NCBI GenBank assembly: GCA_964595755.1
Contig: CAZQQZ010000001.1
Location: 22,228 to 86,227, forward strand
Direction of reading: 5' to 3'
DNA: 64,000 bases
Source of the DNA: an uncultured Candidatus Saccharibacteria bacterium
Lineage (GTDB): Bacteria; Patescibacteriota; WWE3; CAZQQZ01
Both the position numbers and the translations under genes were made by a program. This document shows, piece after piece, positions 37,936 through 48,202 of this stretch. The notes under the pieces are model-generated. The model was not told the origin of the DNA. It was given only the letters and a program-made list of their open reading frames with translations, and searched no databases. The number at the start of each line of letters is the position of its first letter. Positions within the stretch are counted from its first letter, which is position 1.

Positions 37936-39021
37936 TTAAATTCCATGACGTAGGAAAGTGGGAATCTCATATTTATCATCAGAAGTGTCTTCCGGTTTCT
38001 TGTTTTCCGGTTCTTCTGGTTCCAAAATCTGTCTCTCTTCTCTTAATTTCTCTAGCGTTCTTGTAGTTTGAGTATCAAAACCGGTAGCGATAACGGTAAT
38101 CCTGATTGAATCCGTCGTCGCTTCATCAATCGAAGCGCCAAAAATAATATTCGCGTCGGGATTCGCCGCCTCGGAAATAATCTTGGCTGCCTTGTCAATT
38201 TCGTGCATCATTAAATCTGACCCGCCAACGACATTAAAGAGAATTCCGGTCGCTCCCTCGATGTTTACATCAAGAAGAGGTGAAAAAACCGCCATTTTTG
38301 CCGCTTTTTCCGCTCTCTCCTCTCCAGAGGCATTGCCAATCCCCATCATCGCTGACCCGGCATTGGTCATAATTGTTCTAACATCGGCAAAATCAACGTT
38401 TATAAGACCGGGCTGTACTATTAAGTCAGAAATTCCCTGTACTCCTTGGGCAAGAATTGAATCGGCGATCCTAAACGCTTCAAGAATGGTAGTCGTCTCT
38501 TTAATCACTTCCAAAAGTTTTTGGTTCGGGATAACAATCAAGGCGTCAACTTTGTCTCTTAGATCATTTACCCCCTTTTCTGCTTGGGATAGACGTACTC
38601 TTCCCTCAAAATCGAATGGCTTGGTGACCACCCCAACCGTCAACGACCCAAGACTTTTAGCAATCGCAGCAATTATCGGAGAGGCTCCCGTTCCCGTTCC
38701 TCCGCCCATTCCCGCGGTCAAAAAAATCATATCGGCCCCCTGAAGGTGATTTTTGATATCCTCACTCGATTCTTCCGCCGCTTTTCTCCCAATTTCCGGG
38801 TTCGCCCCAGACCCAAGCCCTTTTGTTAAATCTTCGCCTATTTGAATTTTTACATCAGCCGCATTTTTACCCAAGGCTTGAGCATCAGTATTGACAGTAA
38901 TAAACTCAACCCCCCGGATCTTACGATCGGAAACCATCGTATCGACGGCATTTCCACCGCCGCCACCAACCCCGACCACCTTAATTCTTGCAAATCTGTC
39001 AATTTCTGGTTTTACAAGCAT
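37936..39021 (-). CDS. ftsZ: cell division GTPase FtsZ
   Basis: Tubulin signature GGGTGTG, an NTDAQAL-like loop, and an acidic C-terminal tail. Confidence 0.9.
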   Translation of the reverse strand: MLVKPEIDRFARIKVVGVGGGGGNAVDTMVSDRKIRGVEFITVNTDAQALGKNAADVKIQIGEDLTKGLGSGANPEIGRKAAEESSEDIKNHLQGADMIFLTAGMGGGTGTGASPIIAAIAKSLGSLTVGVVTKPFDFEGRVRLSQAEKGVNDLRDKVDALIVIPNQKLLEVIKETTTILEAFRIADSILAQGVQGISDLIVQPGLINVDFADVRTIMTNAGSAMMGIGNASGEERAEKAAKMAVFSPLLDVNIEGATGILFNVVGGSDLMMHEIDKAAKIISEAANPDANIIFGASIDEATTDSIRITVIATGFDTQTTRTLEKLREERQILEPEEPENKKPEDTSDDKYEIPTFLRHGI

Positions 39022-39076
39022 TTTATAAGTTGATACCTGTTTTTGCGAAAAAAATCAAGGGGCAGAGGCAAAAAAC

Positions 39077-40351
39077 CTATGGCAAAAAAGACTTAAACCA
39101 ATCGACAATCCCCCCGAAAAACCTTCTAACTTTCCCTTTTCCAGAAAAAGAACGCTTTGCCGACTGGCTAAAGCCACTCCCATATATTATCAATCCCACT
39201 CCAGTTGAGGAAGCCGGACCGCCAATTTCCTCAATTAAACCTGTTACTCCCGTGGGAACCCCCTCCCTAACCGGTAATTTAAGCTCGTTCTTGGCGATTT
39301 CCACCGATTTATAAGTTAAGGAACCGCCCCCGGTAAGAACCGCCCCAGCCGGCAACATTCCCTCAAAACCGGATCGTTTAATCTCAGAGTTAACCAGTTC
39401 AAAAATCTCTTCCATTCTTACCCTAGTAATGTCATGTAAAAATTTTACCGGTACCGTATTAAAATCAAGGCCAAATTCAGAAACGTCTATCTCATTTCGA
39501 AGTTCTTTTTTAGAAGAGGTCAAATCAACTGGCACCGGCACCCCGTTCAGAGACTTTGCTATCTCTGATAAACGAAATTTTATTGATTCCGCATTCTCAA
39601 GCGAAGTCCTTAAGCCAATCGCCAAGTCGTTGGTAACATGTTTTCCGCCAATCGGGAGTACCGATGAAAAGGCAGGGCTCCCCTCCAAATATATGATAAT
39701 TGAGGTTGTCCCTCCGCCAATGTTAATAAGAACAGTCCCAAGTTCCTTTTCCGTATCAGTCAAAACCGCCTCCGCATCCGCAAGAGCTGAATAAATAATT
39801 CCGTTTTCTGGAACGGAAACGCCCACCTGTTGAACACATTTCGCAAGATTCCGAAGCGAAGTGGAAGAACCAGTAATAATGTTAGTCTCCACCTCAAGCT
39901 TTATCCCACTCATTCCAACAGGATCCTTTATTCCCTCCTGACCGTCAACGATAAAATCCCTAGGAAGAACATGGATAATCTCGCGAGAAGTGGGAAGAGT
40001 AATCGCTTGAGCAACCTCGGTCACTCGCGAAACATCTTCGGCGTCAATCTCCTCGCCCGGATGAGAAACCGCCACCACCCCACGGGAATTCTGGGAGGAT
40101 ACATGACTCCCATTAACGGAAACAAAAGTTGATGACACCGGACACCCCGCCATCCGTTCCGCTCCCTCAAGGCTTTGAGAAATTGCAGTGACCGCCTCGT
40201 CTATGTCAACAACCACCCCACGTCTCAACCCCCTTGAAGGAACGGAACAAACCCCAATAACCGACCGCTTACCTTCAAGAACAGAGGAAATAACCGTGCA
40301 TATCTTCGAAGAACCAATATCAATTCCAGCGACAATTCTTTCTTTAGGCAT
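39077..40351 (-). CDS. ftsA: cell division protein FtsA (actin-like ATPase)
   Basis: GIDIGSSKI phosphate-1 motif, VLTGGGS adenosine motif, 424 aa, immediately upstream of ftsZ. Confidence 0.85.
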   Translation of the reverse strand: MPKERIVAGIDIGSSKICTVISSVLEGKRSVIGVCSVPSRGLRRGVVVDIDEAVTAISQSLEGAERMAGCPVSSTFVSVNGSHVSSQNSRGVVAVSHPGEEIDAEDVSRVTEVAQAITLPTSREIIHVLPRDFIVDGQEGIKDPVGMSGIKLEVETNIITGSSTSLRNLAKCVQQVGVSVPENGIIYSALADAEAVLTDTEKELGTVLINIGGGTTSIIIYLEGSPAFSSVLPIGGKHVTNDLAIGLRTSLENAESIKFRLSEIAKSLNGVPVPVDLTSSKKELRNEIDVSEFGLDFNTVPVKFLHDITRVRMEEIFELVNSEIKRSGFEGMLPAGAVLTGGGSLTYKSVEIAKNELKLPVREGVPTGVTGLIEEIGGPASSTGVGLIIYGSGFSQSAKRSFSGKGKVRRFFGGIVDWFKSFLP

Positions 40352-40380
40352 ATGAGGGCAGACAGCAAGTCTAACTTATT

Positions 40381-41130
40381 TCAGAAACTAACCACTGGGT
40401 TTTGAAACCGTAAATCTACCTTTCTTAAATCTTTACCTTCTATCTTATACTTCAAAAGGATTTGCTTCAAGAGTGAAACCAATTCTATAAAATCAGCGTC
40501 GATTTCAAAAATAGCAGAGGGGCCGTTTTTAATCAAGGCGGAAATCGAGCTCTCAACCACAGAAACCTCGGAAACTGGGATGTTTTTTTCCTTAAGCGCC
40601 GACAAAAGGCTTATCCTTGCCATAATTTTCTCCGCGTTTACAAAGTCCCCAATACTAAGATTATCCTCAAAAACAACTTTGGGCAAGATCAGACTTTCTC
40701 CCGCCTCACAAAAGACTTGTCCATTTTTATCAACGACAAAATTGCCGTTTTTAGCCGAAATTATGGCAAGAGGGGTTCTTTCTGTTATCGAAATGATAAT
40801 AGATTTAGGAAATTTTTTTTCGATTACCGCCCTTTCTATCACGGGAAAGTTACTAGCCGCGCGATCGGAAATATCAGAGCTGTTAATGATAATCAAATTC
40901 TTACCAAAAAGCTGCTCTTTAAAAAAAAGACTGGTATCCTGACCCTCATTGCCTCCAATGTAAGATATTTTATCTATAGAAAAGAAGGTCGACTTTAAAA
41001 AAACCCAATAAAGAAAATAAGAAAGCAAAGCCAAAAGAAAAGTTATCACCACAACTCTTGCAAAAACCTGTCGATTTTTTCGACTCTTAACCTTAAGATT
41101 TAGCTTTCGCCTAAATTTTCTTAAAAACAT
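40381..41130 (-). CDS. ftsQ: cell division protein FtsQ/DivIB-like (TM plus POTRA-like domain)
   Basis: N-terminal TM helix, ~250 aa, positioned between murG and ftsA. Sequence motifs are weak. Confidence 0.5.
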   Translation of the reverse strand: MFLRKFRRKLNLKVKSRKNRQVFARVVVITFLLALLSYFLYWVFLKSTFFSIDKISYIGGNEGQDTSLFFKEQLFGKNLIIINSSDISDRAASNFPVIERAVIEKKFPKSIIISITERTPLAIISAKNGNFVVDKNGQVFCEAGESLILPKVVFEDNLSIGDFVNAEKIMARISLLSALKEKNIPVSEVSVVESSISALIKNGPSAIFEIDADFIELVSLLKQILLKYKIEGKDLRKVDLRFQNPVVSF

Positions 41131-41149
41131 TTCGTAAAGAACCTTACCC

Positions 41150-42280
41150 TTAAAATAGATATTTGATTATTTCAGAAGAGATTGTTTCTGAAGCGTTAAG
41201 GGGTATTTTCTCCCCGAATTTTTTGGCGTTCTCCGAAAGTTCCCTTAGATTCGCAATTACGTTTACAAGAGCTTTTACAAAATCGGAATTTTTCGTTTTG
41301 TCCTGGTCGAGAATCACCGCCGAACCGGCTTTTTCTAAAACTTCCGCATTTTTTCGTTGTTCGTTGTGAGAAACCCAAGGAATTGGTATAAATATTGCCG
41401 GTTTTGCAATCGCCGCCAACTCATAGACTGTGTTGGCGCCACTTCTTCCAACAACTAAAGCGGCGTATCTAAAAAGCAAGCCCGTTTCTTTGGCGGAAAA
41501 GTAATCTTTAACAAAATAATGATCATTTTTAATTTTTTGAAGGGTACTAAAATCGCCAAAAACCGTACTACTACCACATTGGTGGATAACAAAGTAGTCA
41601 ATGGGCAGTAAATCTAAACTCTCCCTAACCAATTCGTTTAAAAAATGGGCCCCCTGCTTACCACCGGTAATGTATATCAGAGGTTTTCCTGATGCTTTTT
41701 TTATAAACTCTCCCAAAATTCCACCTTCGGAAAATGCGGGTGGATTTAAAATCTCCTTCCGGAGCGGCAGTCCAACCAAAGTGACCTTAGACTCTTTCAA
41801 GCCGGGCAAGGAATCTTCCCAAGTAAGAAATATCTTTGAGGCAAATTTTGAGACGACATCATTCGCAAAACCAACGCCGGTTGTCTGCTCATGAGTAAAG
41901 GAGGTAATCCCAAGTATTTTTCCGATTATGACGACAGGAACTGCCAAATATCCACCAAAGGAGACAATCAAATCGGGCTTAATTTTAAGAAGATAATACA
42001 AGGATTGAAAAAACCCAAAAGGAATTCTAATAAGTTTTAGGGGATTATAAGTTCGGTAAAATTTTCCCGCGGACAAATTGTAAAAAGGAATTCCCAAAGA
42101 GGTTACCTCTTTATATTCAGCGCTCTCGTTTTCATCTCCCCACATTGAATGTTTATGCCCAATCCAGTAAATTTCGAAAGAAAAGTGCTTCTTGGCGCTT
42201 TCCAAAGCCTCTATAACCGCAAGCGCGGTCGTATGGTGTCCACCAACAAATACAACTTTTTTAAAAGTTTCTTCAAACAT
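41150..42280 (-). CDS. murG: undecaprenyldiphospho-muramoylpentapeptide beta-N-acetylglucosaminyltransferase MurG
   Basis: GT28 N-terminus VVFVGGHHTTALAV (G-loop) and a C-terminal GT-B motif. Start taken at the internal Met. Confidence 0.8.
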   Translation of the reverse strand: MFEETFKKVVFVGGHHTTALAVIEALESAKKHFSFEIYWIGHKHSMWGDENESAEYKEVTSLGIPFYNLSAGKFYRTYNPLKLIRIPFGFFQSLYYLLKIKPDLIVSFGGYLAVPVVIIGKILGITSFTHEQTTGVGFANDVVSKFASKIFLTWEDSLPGLKESKVTLVGLPLRKEILNPPAFSEGGILGEFIKKASGKPLIYITGGKQGAHFLNELVRESLDLLPIDYFVIHQCGSSTVFGDFSTLQKIKNDHYFVKDYFSAKETGLLFRYAALVVGRSGANTVYELAAIAKPAIFIPIPWVSHNEQRKNAEVLEKAGSAVILDQDKTKNSDFVKALVNVIANLRELSENAKKFGEKIPLNASETISSEIIKYLF

Positions 42281-43427
42281 ATTTAGGGGCCGAAAGCGCC
42301 CGAATCGCCGCTCCAAGGGCAAACATTGTTAAAACCAATGACGAGCCGCCATAAGAGATCAGAGGCAGGGGCACTCCGGTTAAAGGCACCACTCCCATCA
42401 TTGCTGACAAATTAAGGATGGTTTGAGCAGAAATCCAAAGAGCCACTCCCGATATTATAGCTTTATCACTAAACTTTTCACCAGCAAGAACTCCCTTTAA
42501 CAACCTAAATATAATAAAAACAAAAAGAAAGACAACGAAAAAACCGCCCACAAAGCCAAACTCTTCACATAAAATCGCAAATATGGAATCGGTAGTCACT
42601 TCCGGGAGGTAGCTATATTTTTGACGGGACTCTCCGGGCCCAAGCCCAAAAATCCCGCCCGAACCCACCGCAATCATTATTTGATTAACGTGATACCCAG
42701 TCGTAAGGGCATCCGCTTCTTCCGGATTAAGGTACGTCTCAAGTCTAGATTTTCTATATGGAGAAATCAAAATAAAGCCAAGAGCAATCAAAAATATAAA
42801 GGGTATTACGGCGAAAAAAAGACGCAAGTCTTCTTTAAGAATAAAAAACATTCCAAACCCAATCGAAGCAATTACGAGACTGGTCCCAAAGTCCGGTTGA
42901 ATAATCACCAACCCGCAAATTAAAAACACCAGGCCTAGGTAAGTAATTATTTCAGAAAGCTTCTCCCTGCCCGGAAGCCAAAAAGCGGCATAAAAAATTA
43001 AGGAGAGCTTTACCAATTCAGAGGGCTGAAACCCCAATCTCCCAATAAAAGGTAATAGAGGAAGGGGAGGCGGATTTAGAAAAAGCCAACGCCTTGCCCC
43101 GTAGATTTTTGGTGAAAAAGGTGTTGGCAAAATAACAAGGAATAGACAAATTATCGAAAAAAACAAAAGAAAAAAAGAAATTTTTTTTAAAAAAACTTGA
43201 TCGAGTTTTAAAGAAATCAGCATCCCAATTATACCAACTAAAACCCAGGCCGCCTGTAATAAAAGGGAGTGATATTTACCTCCAAAAGTATTAACAGAAG
43301 TCACTACCGAAGCATCAAACACCATCACAACCCCGACTAAAAGAAGGAGAAGTACACTGGCAAACAAAGATATTGAGGAATCCCTAGAACGCTCTGGTTT
43401 TCTTTTTTTTTCACCATGTGTAGCCAT
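42273..43427 (-). CDS. ftsW: SEDS-family protein FtsW
   Basis: SEDS motifs QPDFGTSLV and SYLPEVTTDSIFAILCEEFGFVG. Located in the dcw cluster next to ftsI. Confidence 0.75.
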   Translation of the reverse strand: MATHGEKKRKPERSRDSSISLFASVLLLLLVGVVMVFDASVVTSVNTFGGKYHSLLLQAAWVLVGIIGMLISLKLDQVFLKKISFFLLFFSIICLFLVILPTPFSPKIYGARRWLFLNPPPLPLLPFIGRLGFQPSELVKLSLIFYAAFWLPGREKLSEIITYLGLVFLICGLVIIQPDFGTSLVIASIGFGMFFILKEDLRLFFAVIPFIFLIALGFILISPYRKSRLETYLNPEEADALTTGYHVNQIMIAVGSGGIFGLGPGESRQKYSYLPEVTTDSIFAILCEEFGFVGGFFVVFLFVFIIFRLLKGVLAGEKFSDKAIISGVALWISAQTILNLSAMMGVVPLTGVPLPLISYGGSSLVLTMFALGAAIRALSAPKYV

Positions 43428-43430
43428 ACT

Positions 43431-44759
43431 TCAGCTTTTTCTTTCAATGAAGGCGCCAAGCCCTTTAAGCTTCTCTTCAAATCTTTCGTAACCTCGATCT
43501 ATAAGCTCAACCCCATAAACCTCGCTCTTTCCTTTTGCCGATAGTGCCGCCAAGACTAGAGTCGCTCCCGCTCGAAGATCAACCACCGTTAAACGTCTTC
43601 CACGAAGGTCGGTAGGTCCTGAAATTGAAGCGGCGTACAAACCTTCTTCAGTATAATCAGAAAAACTGTAAACCGAAGGCGCGGCTACCGGATGGTAAAG
43701 AGAAATTTTCGCTCCCATCCGATTAAGCTCTTTAGTATACTCAAACCGATCGGAATAAACGGTTTCGTGAATCGTAGAAACCCCTTCTGCCAAACACAAA
43801 AGCACCGAAAAAGGCTGTTGCCAGTCAGTCATAAACCCGGGATGGGGTGCGGTTACTAAATCGAGACTTTTTAATTTCGTCCCTTCCTCCCGCCAAACCC
43901 GCAGGCTATTTTCCGAAACTTCGTAATCAACCCCCGCTTGTTGAATTTTCGCCAAAAAGGCGATTAAATCTTTGGGACGAGCGTTCTCGATTACTATATC
44001 TCCCTGCGTTACCGACCCAGCTAGAGCAAAGGTAACCGCCTCATTTCTATCAGGAATGATACTATGGGTGGCTCCCTTCAGATTATCTACCCCTTCAACC
44101 TCAATTGTGTTTCTTCCCGCGCCATCCAAAGACCGAGCAATTTTTGCCCCCATTTTCGTAAGAAGTAAAATCAGATCATCAACTTCTGGTTCAAGTGCCG
44201 CCCCAATTATCCTTGTTTTCCCAATACCCAAAACAGAACTTAAGATAACATTCTCGGTCCCCATTACCGTCACTTTTTCAAAAACGACCGATGCTCCTAC
44301 CAATCTTCCGGAGGATTCCGCCGTATAAGCGCCACCCGAATAATCAATCCTGGCCCCCAAGGTTTTAAGGGCATTAATATGTCGATCTAGCGGACGACTT
44401 CCGATTTTGCAACCGCCAAGTTCATATATTTTTGCCTTTCCAAAGCGATAAAGAAGTGGTCCAAGAAGCAAAATCGAAGCTCTTGATTTTGAAGACAACT
44501 CTTTAAAAACTTCGTAGGAGTGAATTTTTTTGCTTGACAGTTTGAGGACATTCGGACGAATATATAGAGCCTCTACCCCCAAACTGCGAAGTATCTCAAT
44601 ATCTACCTCGACATCAGAAATTTCCGGAACATCTTCTAAAATGACGTCTTCGTCGGTCAAAAGCGAGGCGACAATCATTTTAATCGCCGCGTTTTTCGCC
44701 CCGGATAGTTTAACTTTTCCCTTAAGAGGATTTCCACCCTCAATCTGGAAAAAAGACAT
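43431..44759 (-). CDS. murA: UDP-N-acetylglucosamine 1-carboxyvinyltransferase MurA
   Basis: N-terminus KLSGAKNAA and catalytic-Cys loop GGCKIGSRPLDRH; EPSP-synthase-fold length. Confidence 0.85.
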   Translation of the reverse strand: MSFFQIEGGNPLKGKVKLSGAKNAAIKMIVASLLTDEDVILEDVPEISDVEVDIEILRSLGVEALYIRPNVLKLSSKKIHSYEVFKELSSKSRASILLLGPLLYRFGKAKIYELGGCKIGSRPLDRHINALKTLGARIDYSGGAYTAESSGRLVGASVVFEKVTVMGTENVILSSVLGIGKTRIIGAALEPEVDDLILLLTKMGAKIARSLDGAGRNTIEVEGVDNLKGATHSIIPDRNEAVTFALAGSVTQGDIVIENARPKDLIAFLAKIQQAGVDYEVSENSLRVWREEGTKLKSLDLVTAPHPGFMTDWQQPFSVLLCLAEGVSTIHETVYSDRFEYTKELNRMGAKISLYHPVAAPSVYSFSDYTEEGLYAASISGPTDLRGRRLTVVDLRAGATLVLAALSAKGKSEVYGVELIDRGYERFEEKLKGLGAFIERKS

Positions 44760-44768
44760 AGTTAATAA

Positions 44769-46469
44769 TTAAAGGTCTGGACTAACACCAAAATAAATCG
44801 CCAATTCCTTAGCGGTTTCCATCCAAAGAGGAACCGCCGTTTCCGCAGCGTAGGGGCTTGTGCTCGGTCTCTCTATTTTCACTAGCATAACAAATTTTGA
44901 ACTGCTAGGAAAGAACCCAACAAAGGTGGCGTTTGTAAGGGTGGGATCATATTTTCCACCAACCGGAATTTGGGCGGTCCCCGTTTTTCCGGCAATTTTA
45001 TAATTGGGAAGATTATAATATTTAGATTCTCCCCCGGAAACAGCTTGCGTTAAAAGCCCGACCACTTTCTTCGAGACGTCCGGAGAAATTACCCTCCCAA
45101 TCTTTTTATTTTGAATTGTCTTAGAGGCATTTCCCTTTTTGAGTTCTTTTACAAGTTTAGGCTTCATCAAAATCCCATTGTTAAAAATCGCGGAAAAAGC
45201 ACTTGTTATTTGAAGAGGAGTCACCGATAAGCCCTGTCCAAACGAGGCAGTGGCAAGATCAATCGGATACCAATCCAGAACCTCCTTAAGCTCTCCGGCT
45301 GCTTCTCCTTCAAGATCGACCCCGGTGAAAACACCTAATCCAAATTTTGCAAAATGTGACCTTAAGTTTTTAATACCTATCCTTTGCCCTATCATAGCCG
45401 CCCCAATATTGTTCGAGTGTTGCAAAATACTGGTAACTGTTTCATCTCCGTAGTGTTTTCCATCCCAAGTGTCAATCGTGTAACCACCGATTTCCATCGG
45501 GCCTTCATCGTAAAAATGCGAGTTTTCGTTTATCGCACGGATCTCAAGCCCACTTGCTACCGTTAGCGCCTTCACAACTGATCCGGGCTCATAAGAGGAG
45601 GAAATTGCAATATTCCAAAGAGGCGAATCGATTTCTAAAGGCGAATCATCCTTATTGGAAGGCTTTCCGGGATCCGAAAATGGATAGTTTGCCATTGCCA
45701 AAATCGCGCCGGATGCAGGTTCCATAATAATTATTGTCCCCGTCTCCGCACCATAACGGATAACTCCCTCTTTAATTTTTCTTTCGGCCAAATACTGCAA
45801 AGAACGGTCTATGGTAGTCACAAGCGCGCTTCCATCGGAGGGGGGAATTTTTCTAAACTCTCCATAAGGAATGGGCACCCCCAAAGCATCTTTTTCCTCA
45901 ACCATTCTGCCCGCCCTTCCCTCCAGATCGCCGTTATAAAAACCCTCAAGACCAAAGTAACCTCGCTCCTTGCCAGATTCGTCTTTCGCAACATACCCAA
46001 GAACAGAACCAAGTAACTTTTTTTCTGGGTAACTTCTTCTCGGCTCCTCTTCAAATCCAATCCCGGATAAATTATTTAGCAAAATTTTATCTTTTTCTTG
46101 GAGAGAAATCCCATGTCTTAGAATTAAAAAAGTGAGATCGAGAGACAATTTTTCTTTAATATCTGAAACACATTTTTGGGAATTTTCTGTAAGGACTGAA
46201 CAAATTATCCTTGAGGTTTTTTTTCCATCAGTTATCTTCTTCGGCTCGCCGTAAAGCATATAAAGAATTTCTGTGGTAGCTAGAGGATAACCATCCGACG
46301 AGAAAATGTCCCCTCTCCTTGCCGGAAGCTCATAACTCGCCCAATGCTGATTTTCCGCTAACTTTAAAAACTTACCATGACCCAGAACAGAAATAGAAAA
46401 GAGCCTTCCTAGGATAAGGATGAAAAATACCGAAAGGAAAGCTAGGAGAAGGTTTATCTTTAACCGCAT
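44769..46469 (-). CDS. ftsI: penicillin-binding protein (class B transpeptidase, FtsI/PBP2-like)
   Basis: N-terminal TM helix and the transpeptidase motifs SxxK (SVVK), SxN (SSN) and KTGTA. Confidence 0.8.
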   Translation of the reverse strand: MRLKINLLLAFLSVFFILILGRLFSISVLGHGKFLKLAENQHWASYELPARRGDIFSSDGYPLATTEILYMLYGEPKKITDGKKTSRIICSVLTENSQKCVSDIKEKLSLDLTFLILRHGISLQEKDKILLNNLSGIGFEEEPRRSYPEKKLLGSVLGYVAKDESGKERGYFGLEGFYNGDLEGRAGRMVEEKDALGVPIPYGEFRKIPPSDGSALVTTIDRSLQYLAERKIKEGVIRYGAETGTIIIMEPASGAILAMANYPFSDPGKPSNKDDSPLEIDSPLWNIAISSSYEPGSVVKALTVASGLEIRAINENSHFYDEGPMEIGGYTIDTWDGKHYGDETVTSILQHSNNIGAAMIGQRIGIKNLRSHFAKFGLGVFTGVDLEGEAAGELKEVLDWYPIDLATASFGQGLSVTPLQITSAFSAIFNNGILMKPKLVKELKKGNASKTIQNKKIGRVISPDVSKKVVGLLTQAVSGGESKYYNLPNYKIAGKTGTAQIPVGGKYDPTLTNATFVGFFPSSSKFVMLVKIERPSTSPYAAETAVPLWMETAKELAIYFGVSPDL

Positions 46470-46475
46470 AAAAGT

Positions 46476-46748
46476 TTAGCGGGAGGCAACGACGGGATTA
46501 GCGACGTAATCAACTTGGGAGAATTTGACCATCCCAAGAGCCTTCGCCCTTGCTTCAATCTTTTTTAGAGAAATTTTCTCCGCAAGCTCTTCCCGCAAAA
46601 TCAAGTTTTCTCTTTCTAAAGTTTCTTTTCTAGCCTCTGTTGCCCGTAGCTCTCCCCCATCCGCACAAAAACAATTTACCGCCACAATTCTTCCAACCGT
46701 GGCGAGAGCAAAAGCAATAATTGCGATCCGGGCAGTCTTTTTGACCAT
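46476..46748 (-). CDS. ftsL: small bitopic coiled-coil membrane protein, FtsL/septum-formation-initiator-like
   Basis: 90 aa with a TM helix followed by a coiled coil. Sits between rsmH and ftsI, where ftsL normally lies. Confidence 0.45.
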   Translation of the reverse strand: MVKKTARIAIIAFALATVGRIVAVNCFCADGGELRATEARKETLERENLILREELAEKISLKKIEARAKALGMVKFSQVDYVANPVVASR

Positions 46749-46758
46749 AATGATAATG

Positions 46759-47640
46759 TTAACCTGTCTTTTCGTAAGCTCTTAGCTTGGCGCTTCTAGA
46801 TTTAGGATTATTCAAAAGCTCCTCTTCCTTTGCCATTACCGGTTTATCCGTAATCTTCTTAAGCCGCATCTCACTTAACCCATAACCTTTCACGATCCGA
46901 TCCTCAAGGGAGTGAAAGCTAACTACCACCAACCTTCCTCCGGCCTTAAGCAAAGATGCGGCTTGAGGCAGTGAAATTTTCAAATTATCAAGTTCGTTAT
47001 TTACAATAATTCTTAAGGCTTGAAAACATTGAGTCGCCGGATGAATTTTCCCTAACCCAGAAAGGCGTACCTTACTTTTTAAAATTATGTCTGCTAACTG
47101 CTTACAAGTTGATATCTTTTCGCTTTTCCGTGCGTTTACAATATCGCGAGCAATTTTTCGACTCATTTTCTCTTCTCCGTATTCCAAAAAAAGCTGGGCC
47201 AACTCTTTTTCAGTTAGGCCATTTACCAAATCCTTCGCCATAACCGAAAGGTTAGGATTCATACGCATATCTAAATCCGCATCAGAATTTATTGAAAACC
47301 CCCTATTTAAATCGGTAAGTTGGCGCTCGGAAACCCCAAGATCATATAAAACCCCCGAAACTTGACCAAACCCATTCTCATTAGCGATCTTTGAGATATC
47401 AGAAAAGTTCCCTTCCGCTAAAATTAGTTTCTTTTTCTTTATAAAATCCTCAAATAAATTGTTAACGTACGCAATCGCCTCCGGATCTTGATCTATCCCA
47501 AGAACGATCGCCCCTTTTTCTAAAATCCTTCCCGTGTGACCGCCGCCTCCTAAAGTGGCGTCGATAACAACAGAGCCAGAATCAACCTTTAGAAATTCAA
47601 TTGCTTCTTCCAAAAGAACCGGAGTGTGGTAGTTATTCAT
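46759..47640 (-). CDS. rsmH: 16S rRNA (cytosine1402-N4)-methyltransferase RsmH (MraW)
   Basis: YHTPVLLEEAIEFL...DATLGGGGHT is a canonical RsmH start. The SAM-MTase fold follows. Confidence 0.85.
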   Translation of the reverse strand: MNNYHTPVLLEEAIEFLKVDSGSVVIDATLGGGGHTGRILEKGAIVLGIDQDPEAIAYVNNLFEDFIKKKKLILAEGNFSDISKIANENGFGQVSGVLYDLGVSERQLTDLNRGFSINSDADLDMRMNPNLSVMAKDLVNGLTEKELAQLFLEYGEEKMSRKIARDIVNARKSEKISTCKQLADIILKSKVRLSGLGKIHPATQCFQALRIIVNNELDNLKISLPQAASLLKAGGRLVVVSFHSLEDRIVKGYGLSEMRLKKITDKPVMAKEEELLNNPKSRSAKLRAYEKTG

Positions 47641-48043
47641 TCGTAACCTCCCGTTCAATTTTCTTCAAATTTTCGGTCCAAACCGATTCTTCCCAAATCT
47701 CAAAATGATCCCCCGCCCCAAGAACAACAGCCTTCTCGTTTATCCCCGCGTATGATTTAAGGTTTCCAGGCAGGACAAATCTCCCTTGACGATCCATCGC
47801 TACCTCAGACGCCCCCGAATACATATAGCGTTTTAAATTTCGGCTTCTTGCGTCTGATATCGGCGAGCCGAGTTGCTTAAGCGATTCAACTTCCCAATCA
47901 GACGGGGCGTAACCGAAAATACATTTCTCAAAACCCTTGGAAAGAATGACATCCATGCCGGCAATCTTTTCTCGGATTTTCTTGGGAAGGGCTAACCTAC
48001 AGCCCTCAGTAATATTTTGTTGAAATTCTCCAAGAAACATCAT
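47633..48043 (-). CDS. mraZ: transcriptional regulator MraZ
   Basis: Duplicated SpoVT-AbrB-like halves (FLGEF...LALPKKIR and RFVLPGNLKSYAG), 136 aa, first gene of the dcw cluster. Confidence 0.85.
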   Translation of the reverse strand: MMFLGEFQQNITEGCRLALPKKIREKIAGMDVILSKGFEKCIFGYAPSDWEVESLKQLGSPISDARSRNLKRYMYSGASEVAMDRQGRFVLPGNLKSYAGINEKAVVLGAGDHFEIWEESVWTENLKKIEREVTNE

Positions 48044-48139
48044 AATTAAATATCACCACTGGTCACCTGTCAAGAACCAATTTGCACCAAAAATAGTATT
48101 TTGTCAACGGAGAGATTCGCACGAAAATGCTTTTGGTTT

Positions 48140-48167
48140 TGTAGCTGCGACATTTATGTCGCCAATT
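48140..48167. repeat. short palindromic version of the intergenic repeat family (tgtagctgcga-catttatgt-cgccaatt)
   Basis: Shares both termini (TGTAGCTGCG and CGCCAATT) with the full repeats; the internal gcgacat/atgtcgc is a 7-bp inverted repeat. Confidence 0.6.
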
Positions 48168-48202
48168 GTATTTATTTGAAATTAACCTAATCGACTAACA
48201 TT

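Noticed and set aside
38183-38743. 186-aa plus-strand ORF, along with many other 60-170-aa plus-strand ORFs such as 43972-44328, 40580-40942 and 9112-9711
   Set aside because: They lie antisense inside well-supported minus-strand genes (ftsZ, murA, ftsQ, clpC). Their products are low-complexity Ser/Pro-rich translations, typical of shadow ORFs.
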